The position numbers were made by a program, and so were the translations under genes. Of a DNA stretch of 64,000 nucleotides, positions 9,368 through 19,053 are shown piece by piece. This stretch comes from Flavobacteriaceae bacterium (GTDB lineage: Bacteria > Bacteroidota > Bacteroidia > Flavobacteriales > Flavobacteriaceae), in assembly GCA_018699935.1 (NCBI GenBank), contig JABISF010000009.1, positions 8,819 through 72,818 on the forward strand, read 5' to 3'. The notes beneath the pieces are model-generated. The model had not been told where the DNA came from. It ran no database searches and saw only the letters and a list, made by a program, of their open reading frames with translations. Positions within the stretch are counted from its first letter, which is position 1; the number at the start of each line of letters is the position of its first letter.

Positions 9368-12300
9368 TTATAAAAGCTTTTTTAATCGAAGCTTGATACT
9401 GTATATAATGGAGAAGGTGGCCGGCACTATGATGAGGGTGAGGAAGGTGGCAAAAGTCAATCCAAAAATAACCGTCCAAGCCAGCGGTCCCCAGAAAATC
9501 ACGTTGTCGCCCCCCACATAGATTTGCGGATCGTATTCCGAAAACAAGCTAAAGAAATCGATGTTAAGACCGATAGCCAGTGGCACCAATCCCAACACGG
9601 TAGTGATGGCGGTCAGGATAACGGGACGAAGACGTGCCGTTCCTCCTTCGATGATTGCTTCCGTAGCTAAATTTTTGGGTAACATGCTCCCTTCGGGAAT
9701 ATTTTCTTCTAAAATTTTACGATCAATCAGCAGTTGGGTATAATCCAACAATACGACCCCATTGTTCACGACAATCCCAGCGAGGGCTATAATTCCCATC
9801 ATGGTCATCAGTATGACAAAGGGCATTTGAAAGGCAATCAGGCCTAAAAAGACTCCCGTAAAACTCAAGAAAATGGATAAAAGAATAATGAGCGGTTTGG
9901 AGATGGAATTAAATTGGAACACCAATAATAACAAGATCAAGCCCAATGCTGTGGCGAGTGCTCTACTTAAAAACGCCATGTTTTTTTCTTGTTCTTCAAT
10001 TTCTCCAGAAAATTTAAAATTGACTTGATCGGGAAGGTCAAAGTTTTGAAGTGCCTCTTGCACTTGCGCCACCACGGCATTGGCATTGTAGCCTGCCAAA
10101 ACAGAGGAGTACAACGTGACTACTCGGGTGAGTTGTCGGTGCTTGATGGCACTGAACGAATTGGTGTTTTTGCTGCTCACCAAGGCCGCTACTGGAATTT
10201 CTTTAATCCTTCCACTGGCTTGATCGCGGAATGTTACATTTTGATTGTACAGCGCATTGTTGTCATAGCGAGTCGCTTGATTAAATCGCACATTAATTTC
10301 ATAATCATCCCCATCTTTTTTGAAGATTCCGGCTTTAGCACCAAACAAAGCGGTTCTTAGTTGTTGTCCGATTTGTGAGGCAGAGACGCCCAATTCTCCG
10401 GCTTTCTTGCGATCGACATTCAATTGAATTCCGGGTTTGTTTTTATTCACATCAATTTTAAGTTCTTCCACTCCCGCAATATTTAGAGCATTCAAAAACT
10501 CCTTCATTTGTTCTGCAGTTCGAATCAATTCTGTATAATCTTTTCCCGTAATTTCAATCGTCACGGGATAGCCCACCGGAGGGCCTTTGGCATCTTTTTC
10601 TACGGAAATGGCAACGCCCGAAAATTTTCCTTGAAGTTTTTGTTGAATCGCCTCCCTAAGTTTTTCCGAAGAAACACCCTCCCGGAATTTAAACTCGCGC
10701 ATGGTGAGCGTGATTTTTCCTTTTTGGGGAAGTTCGTTAGTGTTTCCCATGTCAGTTTGTGGGTTCCCAGCACCTTCACCTACCTGAACCACGCCGGATT
10801 CAACAAGAACATTTAGGTCACCGTTGTTGTATTCGGGTAGATTGAGGACTTCATAAATTTCATCTTCAATCCGTTTGGTGGTAGCATTGGTTTTGGTAAT
10901 GGCGGTACCCTGCGGGTATTCGATATATACCATGATCTGACTGGGCTGATTGTTGGGAAAAAATTCTACTTGCGGTGGAAAAATCCCCATCAACGCAAAC
11001 GAAGTGAAAAGCAAGGCAAAAGTACCCCCTAAAAAAGCAACAGGGCGATAACCGCTCAAGGCGAATGTCAATAACCTTTTATAGCGGTTTTCCAAACGAG
11101 TTAAAAAACCATATTGAAATTTAAGCGCCCATTTTTTGATAAAATATTTATAACACCAAAACAATAAGGGCGTCAAAATCATCAAATTTCCAATGATGCG
11201 AAAGCCCCCTCCTGCAAAAAGCAAAAGGATTCCAAGAACTCCCATAAAAATGGTTAATCGCCAAAGCGATTTACTGCTGATTTCTCGATCGCTGATATCC
11301 ATAAATCGGGACACCAACATGGAGTTAAAAAACAGGGCGACAATCAAGGAAGATCCCAAAACAACAGAGAGGGTGATGGGAAAGAAGATCATAAATTCAC
11401 CCAACAAACCGGGCCAAGCTCCCAAAGGAACAAATGCCGCAATGGTAGTGGCAGTAGAAATGATGATGGGAAAAGCAATTTCGCCAATTCCTGCTTTGGC
11501 AGCAGCCACCCGAGTCATTCCTTCTTTTTCCATCAAACGGTAAACGTTTTCAACCACCACAATTCCGTTGTCCACCAACATCCCAAGACCCATGACCAAA
11601 CCAAAAAGCACCATGGTATTCAAAGAATATCCCAAAGCGTTTAAAACCATAAAGGACATAAACATGGACATTGGGATGGCAAAACCTACAAACAAGGCAT
11701 TTCTAAAGCCCAGGAAAAACATCAGTACGGTGACCACTAAAATAACCCCAAATATGATGTTGTTCACCAATTCACTCACTTGATTGAGCGTCATATTGGA
11801 TTGGTCATTGGAGACCTCAATTTTTAAATCGTTGGGCAGTCCAATTTTTTCAGGTTGTGCGACGATACTTCTGATTTCTTGTGAAGCCAGGACTAAATTA
11901 TTTCCACCTCTTTTGACCACATCAAGCAATACGGCTGTATTTCCAAAAGAGCGGGCATAGGAGGTACGTTCTTTTTCTTTAAAACGAACTGTAGCAATAT
12001 CTCCAAGATAAACAGCCCCTTTGTCTGTTTTGATAACGAAATCTTTTAGATCGTCCGGATCATCAATTTCACCAATCAAACGAATATTTCTGCGTTGATC
12101 GCCCAAAACAATATTTCCACTAGATATCGTAGTGTTTTCTCTGCCGATGGCGTTGAGGATGTCATTAAACGAAATTTTTGCAGCCGTCATTTTATATATG
12201 TCCACGGCTACTTCGACCTCAAAATCTTGTATTCCTCTAATATTAACTTCTTTGATTTGCGGGAGGGCTTCAATTTGAGCTTCCAATTGTTCCGCATAAA

Positions 12301-12802
12301 CTTTGAGCTGCTCAATAGGATAGTCGCCAATCATGCTGATATTGAGGATGGGACGCAATTCCGAAAAGTCCAATTCAAATACATTGGGCTCTACTTTAGC
12401 ATTATTAAAAACAGGCCAATCGGCACCCGAAGTAATCCCATCTACCAAATCTTTAGCTTTTTGTTTGGCATCATCAATGGAGATATTTTCGTCAAATTCG
12501 ACCTCAATCACTGAAAAATCTTCCGAAGAAGTGGAATGAATTTCTACCAAATTAGTGACTCCTTTTAAGGCTTCCTCCAAGGGATCTGTTATTAATCGTT
12601 CGATATCTTCGGCGGTATTTCCCGGAAAGATTGTATTGACAAATACTTTGGTGTCATTAATTTCTGGAAAATCCTCTCGAGGCATCGAAAAATAGGCGCC
12701 TATCCCTAAAATCAAGAAGATGGCCATGATGACATAGACCACAGTGCTGTGGTCAATGGCCCAATTGGAGAATAAAAATTCTTTTACTTTTTTCTCTTTC
12801 AT
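9368..12802 (-). CDS. RND efflux transporter permease (AcrB/HAE family)
   Basis: 1144 aa with about 12 TM segments and two large periplasmic loops. It is the last gene of an OMP-MFP-RND operon. Confidence 0.9.
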   Translation of the reverse strand: MKEKKVKEFLFSNWAIDHSTVVYVIMAIFLILGIGAYFSMPREDFPEINDTKVFVNTIFPGNTAEDIERLITDPLEEALKGVTNLVEIHSTSSEDFSVIEVEFDENISIDDAKQKAKDLVDGITSGADWPVFNNAKVEPNVFELDFSELRPILNISMIGDYPIEQLKVYAEQLEAQIEALPQIKEVNIRGIQDFEVEVAVDIYKMTAAKISFNDILNAIGRENTTISSGNIVLGDQRRNIRLIGEIDDPDDLKDFVIKTDKGAVYLGDIATVRFKEKERTSYARSFGNTAVLLDVVKRGGNNLVLASQEIRSIVAQPEKIGLPNDLKIEVSNDQSNMTLNQVSELVNNIIFGVILVVTVLMFFLGFRNALFVGFAIPMSMFMSFMVLNALGYSLNTMVLFGLVMGLGMLVDNGIVVVENVYRLMEKEGMTRVAAAKAGIGEIAFPIIISTATTIAAFVPLGAWPGLLGEFMIFFPITLSVVLGSSLIVALFFNSMLVSRFMDISDREISSKSLWRLTIFMGVLGILLLFAGGGFRIIGNLMILTPLLFWCYKYFIKKWALKFQYGFLTRLENRYKRLLTFALSGYRPVAFLGGTFALLFTSFALMGIFPPQVEFFPNNQPSQIMVYIEYPQGTAITKTNATTKRIEDEIYEVLNLPEYNNGDLNVLVESGVVQVGEGAGNPQTDMGNTNELPQKGKITLTMREFKFREGVSSEKLREAIQQKLQGKFSGVAISVEKDAKGPPVGYPVTIEITGKDYTELIRTAEQMKEFLNALNIAGVEELKIDVNKNKPGIQLNVDRKKAGELGVSASQIGQQLRTALFGAKAGIFKKDGDDYEINVRFNQATRYDNNALYNQNVTFRDQASGRIKEIPVAALVSSKNTNSFSAIKHRQLTRVVTLYSSVLAGYNANAVVAQVQEALQNFDLPDQVNFKFSGEIEEQEKNMAFLSRALATALGLILLLLVFQFNSISKPLIILLSIFLSFTGVFLGLIAFQMPFVILMTMMGIIALAGIVVNNGVVLLDYTQLLIDRKILEENIPEGSMLPKNLATEAIIEGGTARLRPVILTAITTVLGLVPLAIGLNIDFFSLFSEYDPQIYVGGDNVIFWGPLAWTVIFGLTFATFLTLIIVPATFSIIYSIKLRLKKLL

Positions 12803-12810
12803 TTTAGAGT

Positions 12811-13983
12811 TTAATTAGTTGAAATTCTTTTCACGATCTGTTGATCTTGGAGCAGTCGAAATCCTTCATCAACCACCAGTGCATTGGGTTCAAGTCCTTG
12901 GGTGACTTCGATCATTTCCGCTTTGGATTTTCCCAATTCTACAAAGGTTAGCTGTGCCGTAAAGACCTCTTCGGTTTCGGTGGGGGTGAGTACAAAAACA
13001 AATTTTTGTCCAGCAGCATTTTCTCGGACAATACTCAAAGGAATCATCAACGCTTTCGGATTGGCATAATCAATCACAGAAAGGCGTGCCGAGAGGTTGG
13101 GTTTAATGAGCCCTTCAGCATTTTCCAAAGGAGCCTCCACGCGAAAGGTGCGATTTCCGGGGCTGATGTAGTTGCCGGTTTGTCTCACAACGGTTTCTTG
13201 CGTTTGGTTCAAAACGGGGATATAAACGGATGCCTTGCTCCCTTCGGTGATGTTTACCAAATAATTTTCGGGCACAGATGATTCTACATACATATTGTCG
13301 AGGTTGATCAGGCGAAGTAGTGGCGTCATCCCCGGGGCTACTTGCCCTCCCTCTTTGGCTATTATCTCGTCAATCACTCCAGAAAAAGGAGCATAAACTT
13401 TAGTTTTTGCCAATTGTTCTTGCATTTGAGCCACTTGTTTCTCGGCGGTCAAATAGCGGGTTTTGGCCTCCAGATACATCATTTCAGAACCAATTTTTTG
13501 ATTCCACAAACGTTCGGTACGATCGAAGGTGGTTTTTGCCAATTCCAATTGTAATTGCATTTGTTCCAATTGATCCTGCAAACCGGAATCGTCAATTTGT
13601 GCCAACAAGCTTCCTTTCTTTACCTTTTGCCCTTCTTTGACTAGAATTTTGTTCAAACGCCCACCAAATTCAGGGAGTAGTTCTAAACTCTGACGGGTTC
13701 TTACGTTGGCTTGTACTTCGATGGTGTGCTCAAAAGCTTGCGGTTGTACTTCAAAAGAAGTTACCAATTCCTGCTTTTTGGTTTCACTTTTACCCAGGAT
13801 CGCCTGGTTTACGGCATCGAGTTTTTTATTCAATGCGTTAAGTTCTTCGATATAAGAGGTTTTCTCAGCTTCAAGACTTTCTAGGGATTGCTCTTGAGTT
13901 GCGGGATTTGTATTGCTTGGTTTTTCGTTGTTGCAACTGATAACGAATACTGCGGTACTGATTAGGAATATGATTTTTTTCAT
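12811..13983 (-). CDS. RND efflux periplasmic adaptor (MFP/HlyD family) lipoprotein
   Basis: 390 aa with a lipobox (VFVISC), a coiled-coil hairpin region and a beta-barrel region. It overlaps the upstream OMP gene by 4 nt. Confidence 0.88.
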   Translation of the reverse strand: MKKIIFLISTAVFVISCNNEKPSNTNPATQEQSLESLEAEKTSYIEELNALNKKLDAVNQAILGKSETKKQELVTSFEVQPQAFEHTIEVQANVRTRQSLELLPEFGGRLNKILVKEGQKVKKGSLLAQIDDSGLQDQLEQMQLQLELAKTTFDRTERLWNQKIGSEMMYLEAKTRYLTAEKQVAQMQEQLAKTKVYAPFSGVIDEIIAKEGGQVAPGMTPLLRLINLDNMYVESSVPENYLVNITEGSKASVYIPVLNQTQETVVRQTGNYISPGNRTFRVEAPLENAEGLIKPNLSARLSVIDYANPKALMIPLSIVRENAAGQKFVFVLTPTETEEVFTAQLTFVELGKSKAEMIEVTQGLEPNALVVDEGFRLLQDQQIVKRISTN

Positions 13984-15320
13984 TTTACGGCGCTTGTGTT
14001 TAATAATGATTCCAAGTTTATTTTTTTGTCAATAAGAGTTTGAATGGCTTTTACATAATTGTTTTGTGCGTTGAACAACTGTAATTGCGCTTGTCTCAAT
14101 TCAAATGAGGTGGCAAGTCCCTCAAAAAATTTAGTTTTATTTTTTTGCTCAATCCGATCGGCGAGGGCAAGATTATCTTTGGCAGTGAAGTAAGATTTTA
14201 CGGCTAATTCGTGATCGTTTTGAGCCGCTCGAATTTCAATTTGAATGCGATCTTTTACAGCGTCAAGATTGATTTCGGCCTGTTCAACACTGATTTTGCT
14301 TTTTTGGGTTAGGGCAGAGCGACCCAAACTACTGAAAAGTGGAATTTCGAGATTGACCCCAAATAGGCTGCTGCCAAACCATTTTTGGTTGCGGTTTAAA
14401 AACTCAAAATTTTGCCCAAAGCCGGTGTAGTTTCCATTGATAAAGGCCGCCAATCTGGGCAGTGCTTTAGAACGTTGTAGGTCCAACAACAAAGCTTCTG
14501 AATCCAAATTGTTTTGAGCAATTTTTATATCAATATTGTCAGTGCCGTCCAAAGCCTCTTTTTCAAAAAACAAATGATCTTGAGTCAAGGCTTCCAACGA
14601 ATCTGTGAGGACTAAATTTTTCTCGGGAGGAAATCCCAACAAAAGTTTAAGTAGATCCAAAGAAATTTGCTGGATGTTTTCGGCGTAGTTCAATTGGGTA
14701 TTAATTCCCGAAAGGGTCAAGCGTAATTGTTCTACACTTTCTTCTTCTTCAAAACCGTTTTTCCAAAGTGCCGTAAGTTCCTCTAAATTCTGCTCTAAAT
14801 TTTGTTTATTCTTTTGCAGAAATTCAATATTGGCTTGCACCAATAGCACAGCAGCATAGGAATTCACGATGTTTTTGCGAACTTCAATCACGGTTTTATC
14901 CAATAAATTTTTTGAAATTTCCAGATATACTTTACTGGCTCTCAGGCCCACCAGATAGGATCCGTCAAACAGCAATTGACGCAGGTTGATTCCGGCCGCC
15001 ATGTTCTGGGGTTGACCGAATTGAACTTCTGCAAATTCTCCTTCTTTTCCACCAAAAAATTGGGCGGGGATGAGGGAAACAGGTTGTTCAATAAAGTTTT
15101 GATAGTTCACACTGGCATCCACCTGAGGCAAGCCCATGGCGGTGGTGTTCCATTTTTCTTTATACGCCTTTTGGACATCCAAATTGGCACTGATGATGTT
15201 GGTGTTGTTTTCCAAACCAAAAGCAACCGCTTCTTTTAAGGAAACGGCTTCCGATTGATTTTGTCCCCACCCCAATAAGGGGATAAGAAACAGGAAGATG
15301 TAATTTATTATATTTCTCAT
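13980..15320 (-). CDS. TolC-family outer-membrane efflux protein
   Basis: 446 aa with a signal peptide and two repeated OEP-like halves. Its start forms an ATGA overlap with the tetR stop. Confidence 0.88.
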   Translation of the reverse strand: MRNIINYIFLFLIPLLGWGQNQSEAVSLKEAVAFGLENNTNIISANLDVQKAYKEKWNTTAMGLPQVDASVNYQNFIEQPVSLIPAQFFGGKEGEFAEVQFGQPQNMAAGINLRQLLFDGSYLVGLRASKVYLEISKNLLDKTVIEVRKNIVNSYAAVLLVQANIEFLQKNKQNLEQNLEELTALWKNGFEEEESVEQLRLTLSGINTQLNYAENIQQISLDLLKLLLGFPPEKNLVLTDSLEALTQDHLFFEKEALDGTDNIDIKIAQNNLDSEALLLDLQRSKALPRLAAFINGNYTGFGQNFEFLNRNQKWFGSSLFGVNLEIPLFSSLGRSALTQKSKISVEQAEINLDAVKDRIQIEIRAAQNDHELAVKSYFTAKDNLALADRIEQKNKTKFFEGLATSFELRQAQLQLFNAQNNYVKAIQTLIDKKINLESLLNTSAVK

Positions 15321-15922
15321 ATGTTAAGGTCAGCAATGTAATTTTCTAAAATTTCAATTCCTTTGGGACTGCAAATGGCTCGTAGATGATATTCCGAAAA
15401 GGCAATCAGCAAATCGTCAATCTTGTAATGTTCGATGGGAAAAAGCGAATAGTCTGTAATCCCTCGGATTCCATTAAAAAAAATGCGGGTTACAAATCCA
15501 ATGTCAATATTGGGACGGAAAACCCCCATATTAATTCCTTTTTCTAAACTGTTTTTTAAAGTATTGGACAGGTACTTAAACTCTTCTTGTTTGACGACTT
15601 TAAAAACGGCGGGATAGTATTTTTGAAGCTGGTAGACCGGTGAGGTAGTCTCGTTAGTAAGGAATTTCAGGGCCTCTTTTTTGATGAGATAGAGCTCAAT
15701 AATCGGATCTTTGGCCTGATGGGCAATTTGTCCTACTTTTTTAAAAAACAAATCCAAATGGGAGAGTGATGCCGCTTTTACCAATGCTTCTTTGGTGGCA
15801 TAATGACAATAGAGTGTTTTTTTGGAGGCTGCCATATCCTGAGCAATGTCATCCATCGTAACACTCTTAAACCCATATTTAAAAAAAAGGGGAATCGCAT
15901 GTGCGATGATTTCCTCTTTCAT
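15317..15922 (-). CDS. TetR/AcrR-family transcriptional regulator
   Basis: N-terminal HTH region (FFKYGFKSVTMDDIAQDMAASKKTLYCHY). I place the start at MKEEII (ATG at 15920-15922) because the 50 upstream codons of the tracked ORF look non-coding. Confidence 0.85.
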   Translation of the reverse strand: MKEEIIAHAIPLFFKYGFKSVTMDDIAQDMAASKKTLYCHYATKEALVKAASLSHLDLFFKKVGQIAHQAKDPIIELYLIKKEALKFLTNETTSPVYQLQKYYPAVFKVVKQEEFKYLSNTLKNSLEKGINMGVFRPNIDIGFVTRIFFNGIRGITDYSLFPIEHYKIDDLLIAFSEYHLRAICSPKGIEILENYIADLNI

Positions 15923-15934
15923 AGCATTTTTTTG

Positions 15935-15942
15935 CAAATATA
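15935..15942 (-). promoter_or_regulatory. Candidate -7 promoter box (TATATTTG) for the tetR-efflux operon
   Basis: Plus-strand CAAATATA is TAtaTTTG on the minus strand. It lies 13 nt upstream of the tetR ATG, which implies a very short leader. Confidence 0.3.
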
Positions 15943-15945
15943 AGG

Positions 15946-15977
15946 TTGGAAACTTTAAAAACAAATAAAGTTTCCAA
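15946..15977. promoter_or_regulatory. Perfect 12-N8-12 inverted repeat, candidate TetR operator
   Basis: TTGGAAACTTTA (15946-15957), AAAACAAA spacer, then TAAAGTTTCCAA (15966-15977). The arms are exact reverse complements and sit next to the candidate -7 box. Confidence 0.6.
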
Positions 15978-16030
15978 AGTTTTTTAAGAAAGAGATTTTT
16001 TGAAAATTGTATTTTTACCAAAAATTCGGC

Positions 16031-17005
16031 ATGCCAATACACGATTCCTATTCTCAGCAGTTCATAAACCATTTAGATGCTTTCAATACGAGTGAGGAAC
16101 CTTTGTCTTTATACGCTCCCATTAGCTATATTTTGGAAATTGGAGGAAAGCGATTGCGTCCCATTTTAACCTTGATGGCTGCCGATGCCTATGGAAAAAA
16201 TGCTGAAACAGCACTTCCGGCCGCTTTGGCCATTGAAGTATTTCACAATTTTACCCTGCTGCACGACGATATTATGGATGCAGCTCCGCTGCGAAGAGGG
16301 CAAGCCACAGTTCATCATAAATGGGATGTCAATACCGGAATTTTGTCCGGTGATGCGATGCTCATTTTGGCTTATCAACAATTGGATCACTATGAAGGAA
16401 GTTTGTTTAAATCGTTGACCACACTCTTGAGTAAAACCGCCTTGGAGGTGTGCGAAGGACAACAATATGATATGGATTTTGAAAAACAGTCCGCCGTCAA
16501 TACCACGGCCTACCTTCAAATGATACAATTGAAAACAGCCGTTTTGGTAGGTTGTGCATTGAAAATGGGGGCATTGGTGGGAGGTGCTGATCCCGTGCAA
16601 GCTGATAATATGTATACCTTTGGGGTGGATTTGGGAATTGCCTTCCAAATTCAAGACGATATTTTGGATGCCTTTGGCGATCCTAAGACGTTTGGAAAAC
16701 AAGTGGGAGGGGATATTTTACAGAATAAAAAAACCATTTTGTATCATCAAGCCATGGCCTTGGGAACCGAAAAGCAGCAGACGGCTTTGGAAAAATGGTT
16801 TCAGTCCAAACCGGAAGAAACCACGCAAAAAATTGAAGCGGTAAAAGCGCTTTTTCAGGAAACGGCTGCCCTAGAAAAGAGTACTGCATTGGTGAAAGCC
16901 TATACCGAGACGGCTTTTGAAAAACTTCATAACAGTGGTTTGGGAGCCCCGGAACAGCAGCTTTTTCAGCAGTTTGGAAAACAATTGATGGGTCGCACCC
17001 TCTAA
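16031..17005 (+). CDS. Polyprenyl diphosphate synthase (trans-IPPS; GGPP/longer chain)
   Basis: Carries the aspartate-rich motifs LLHDDIMD and FQIQDDILD. I place the start at MPIHDS (ATG at 16031). Confidence 0.88.
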   Translation: MPIHDSYSQQFINHLDAFNTSEEPLSLYAPISYILEIGGKRLRPILTLMAADAYGKNAETALPAALAIEVFHNFTLLHDDIMDAAPLRRGQATVHHKWDVNTGILSGDAMLILAYQQLDHYEGSLFKSLTTLLSKTALEVCEGQQYDMDFEKQSAVNTTAYLQMIQLKTAVLVGCALKMGALVGGADPVQADNMYTFGVDLGIAFQIQDDILDAFGDPKTFGKQVGGDILQNKKTILYHQAMALGTEKQQTALEKWFQSKPEETTQKIEAVKALFQETAALEKSTALVKAYTETAFEKLHNSGLGAPEQQLFQQFGKQLMGRTL

Positions 17006-18147
17006 AACAAGCGTTTGATCAAGGCTTTGACAAACCAACCGATGGGAAAACTCGATAAAATTCGAAGCTCTTCTCCCAAATGCGTTGATTCGTTTAAAAA
17101 TCGAAAGATGGTTTTAGGCGTGTTTTTTTCAAACATTTTTTGAAATAATAAGCCTCCCTTTTCATTTTTTCGTTGTAAAACATCTAAAAATAATAAATCG
17201 TAAAACCAAAAACGATTCCTTTTAGCAAAGCGGCTGAGTGGTTTTCCACGTTTCAAAAAGGGAAGGAGCCGTTGGACTTGTTGATGGCTTTTTTGAAAAG
17301 TAAAACCCGTGCTGGCCTTGGTCCATCCTCCTGCAGTGCCAATATGAAGGAGGTTGTGGGTGTTGGCTTTTTCAAAAGGGAAACAACTCATGGGGATGGC
17401 ACCTTGTTCTTTTTCAAGGAGTTCGTAAGCGGTAATTCCTAATTGACTTAAATAATTTTTAATTCCGGTTTCATAGGCCTCTATGGTAAGGAGAGATTCC
17501 GAAAAAAGGGTGTATTCCACCAGAGCGGTGTGCGCATCGAGGGGAAGAACATATAAAAAACGGGTGGCAGATTCTTGGGGGATATCAAAATCCATAAAAG
17601 TGAGGGTGTCGGAAGAAAAATGAGGCTGTTGGGTTTTGACAAACCATCCAACGAAATGCTGCTGCAAGACGGGATATTTTTGTTGTTGTAGAAGTTCCTT
17701 GGGGTTAAAAATACTGTTAAATACTTGTTTTCCGCGATACACCCCTTCTGGGGTGCTGACCCTAACTTCCTCCGCTTGGGATTGAATGTCGGTTACTTCC
17801 GCCTTGATTTGATGCAGGCATTGGTTTTTTTGAAGGACTTGCTGCACGCTTGCATAAAACTTTTCAGAACGCAGCATTTTGTAGCGGTAGGGATGGAGTG
17901 CAAACTGCGTTTTAAAACCATGTGATTTAAAAATGGCGTTATCCCATTGGGTCTCGAGTAAGGAGTCAAAAGAACCCTCACCAATTTCCCAATAACACCA
18001 AGTGCGATCATTGGTCGTTTTGGTTGCCTTGTCAATCAAAAGAATGCTGTGGCTGGAGAAGAAAGGATCCTCACAGAGCGCTTTGGCGAATAACAAACCG
18101 GAAGCGCCACCCCCACAAATGATATAGTCGAAAGATGTTTTTGGCAT
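17002..18147 (-). CDS. Lycopene cyclase family flavoprotein (CrtY-like)
   Basis: 381 aa with an N-terminal dinucleotide fold DYIICGGGASGLLFA and a length and pattern typical of lycopene beta-cyclase family proteins. Confidence 0.7.
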   Translation of the reverse strand: MPKTSFDYIICGGGASGLLFAKALCEDPFFSSHSILLIDKATKTTNDRTWCYWEIGEGSFDSLLETQWDNAIFKSHGFKTQFALHPYRYKMLRSEKFYASVQQVLQKNQCLHQIKAEVTDIQSQAEEVRVSTPEGVYRGKQVFNSIFNPKELLQQQKYPVLQQHFVGWFVKTQQPHFSSDTLTFMDFDIPQESATRFLYVLPLDAHTALVEYTLFSESLLTIEAYETGIKNYLSQLGITAYELLEKEQGAIPMSCFPFEKANTHNLLHIGTAGGWTKASTGFTFQKSHQQVQRLLPFLKRGKPLSRFAKRNRFWFYDLLFLDVLQRKNEKGGLLFQKMFEKNTPKTIFRFLNESTHLGEELRILSSFPIGWFVKALIKRLF

Positions 18148-18237
18148 AATGCAGTCATAAAAGTAACCAAATCAAAAATTACAAAAGCTATTTTAATAGA
18201 AGTTTTTAATTTTATAATATATTTATTCAAAAAATTA

Positions 18238-19053
18238 ATGGAATCAATTGTTCAATATTTTCAAACGCTAGACCCCATACTGGGTGCTTTTTTAGCAACG
18301 GTATTCACTTGGGGTTTAACTGCTTTGGGAGCTTCCACAGTTTTTTTTGTCAAAACCTTAAAACGTGCTGTTTTGGACGGATTGTTGGGATTTACCGGAG
18401 GGGTTATGGTAGCCGCAAGTTTTTGGAGTCTTTTGGCACCCGGTATTGAAATGAGTCCCGGAACGGGTTTTGTAAAAGTGATCCCCGCGGCCGTAGGATT
18501 TGGTTTAGGGGCGTTGTTTATTTTTGCCTTGGATAAAATCCTCCCGCATGTCCACATCAATTTTAAAGAGAGTGAAGGCATAAAAACCCCTTGGCACCGC
18601 ACGACTTTGTTGGTGTTGGCGATTACACTTCACAACATCCCGGAAGGATTGGCGGTGGGCGTTTTGTTTGGTGGCGTGGCTGCCGGAATTCCTGAGGCTT
18701 CCATCGCCGGAGCGGTTATTTTGGCCATAGGAATTGGGATTCAAAACTTTCCCGAAGGAATTGCCGTTTCCATGCCACTACGGCGCAATGGAATGAGTCG
18801 TTTTAAAAGTTTTTGGTACGGTCAAATGTCTGCTGTGGTAGAGCCCATAGCCGCTGTGATTGGGGCTACAGCAGTCACCTTTTTCACGCCCCTTTTGCCC
18901 TATGCCTTGTCTTTTGCCGCCGGAGCCATGATCTTTGTGGTGGTGGAAGAAGTGATCCCGGAAACCCAACAAGACAAATACACCGATATTGCCACCTTGG
19001 GCTTTATTCTGGGCTTTATTGTGATGATGACTTTGGACGTGGCTTTGGGTTAA
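18238..19053 (+). CDS. ZIP-family divalent metal transporter (ZupT-like)
   Basis: 271 aa polytopic membrane protein with the motifs HNIPEGLAVG and QNFPEGIAVS. Confidence 0.85.
   Translation: MESIVQYFQTLDPILGAFLATVFTWGLTALGASTVFFVKTLKRAVLDGLLGFTGGVMVAASFWSLLAPGIEMSPGTGFVKVIPAAVGFGLGALFIFALDKILPHVHINFKESEGIKTPWHRTTLLVLAITLHNIPEGLAVGVLFGGVAAGIPEASIAGAVILAIGIGIQNFPEGIAVSMPLRRNGMSRFKSFWYGQMSAVVEPIAAVIGATAVTFFTPLLPYALSFAAGAMIFVVVEEVIPETQQDKYTDIATLGFILGFIVMMTLDVALG

Noticed and set aside
15923-16072. N-terminal extensions of tracked ORFs: tetR 15923-16072, cytochrome c 41347-41448, DUF5689 52825-52875, AKR 58566-58637, dxs 6196-6228, DMT 44487-44546 and DUF1080 33962-33982.
   Set aside because: The extensions read through promoter or intergenic sequence or through the neighbouring gene. 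An internal ATG then gives a canonical N-terminus (a signal peptide, or the family-typical start).
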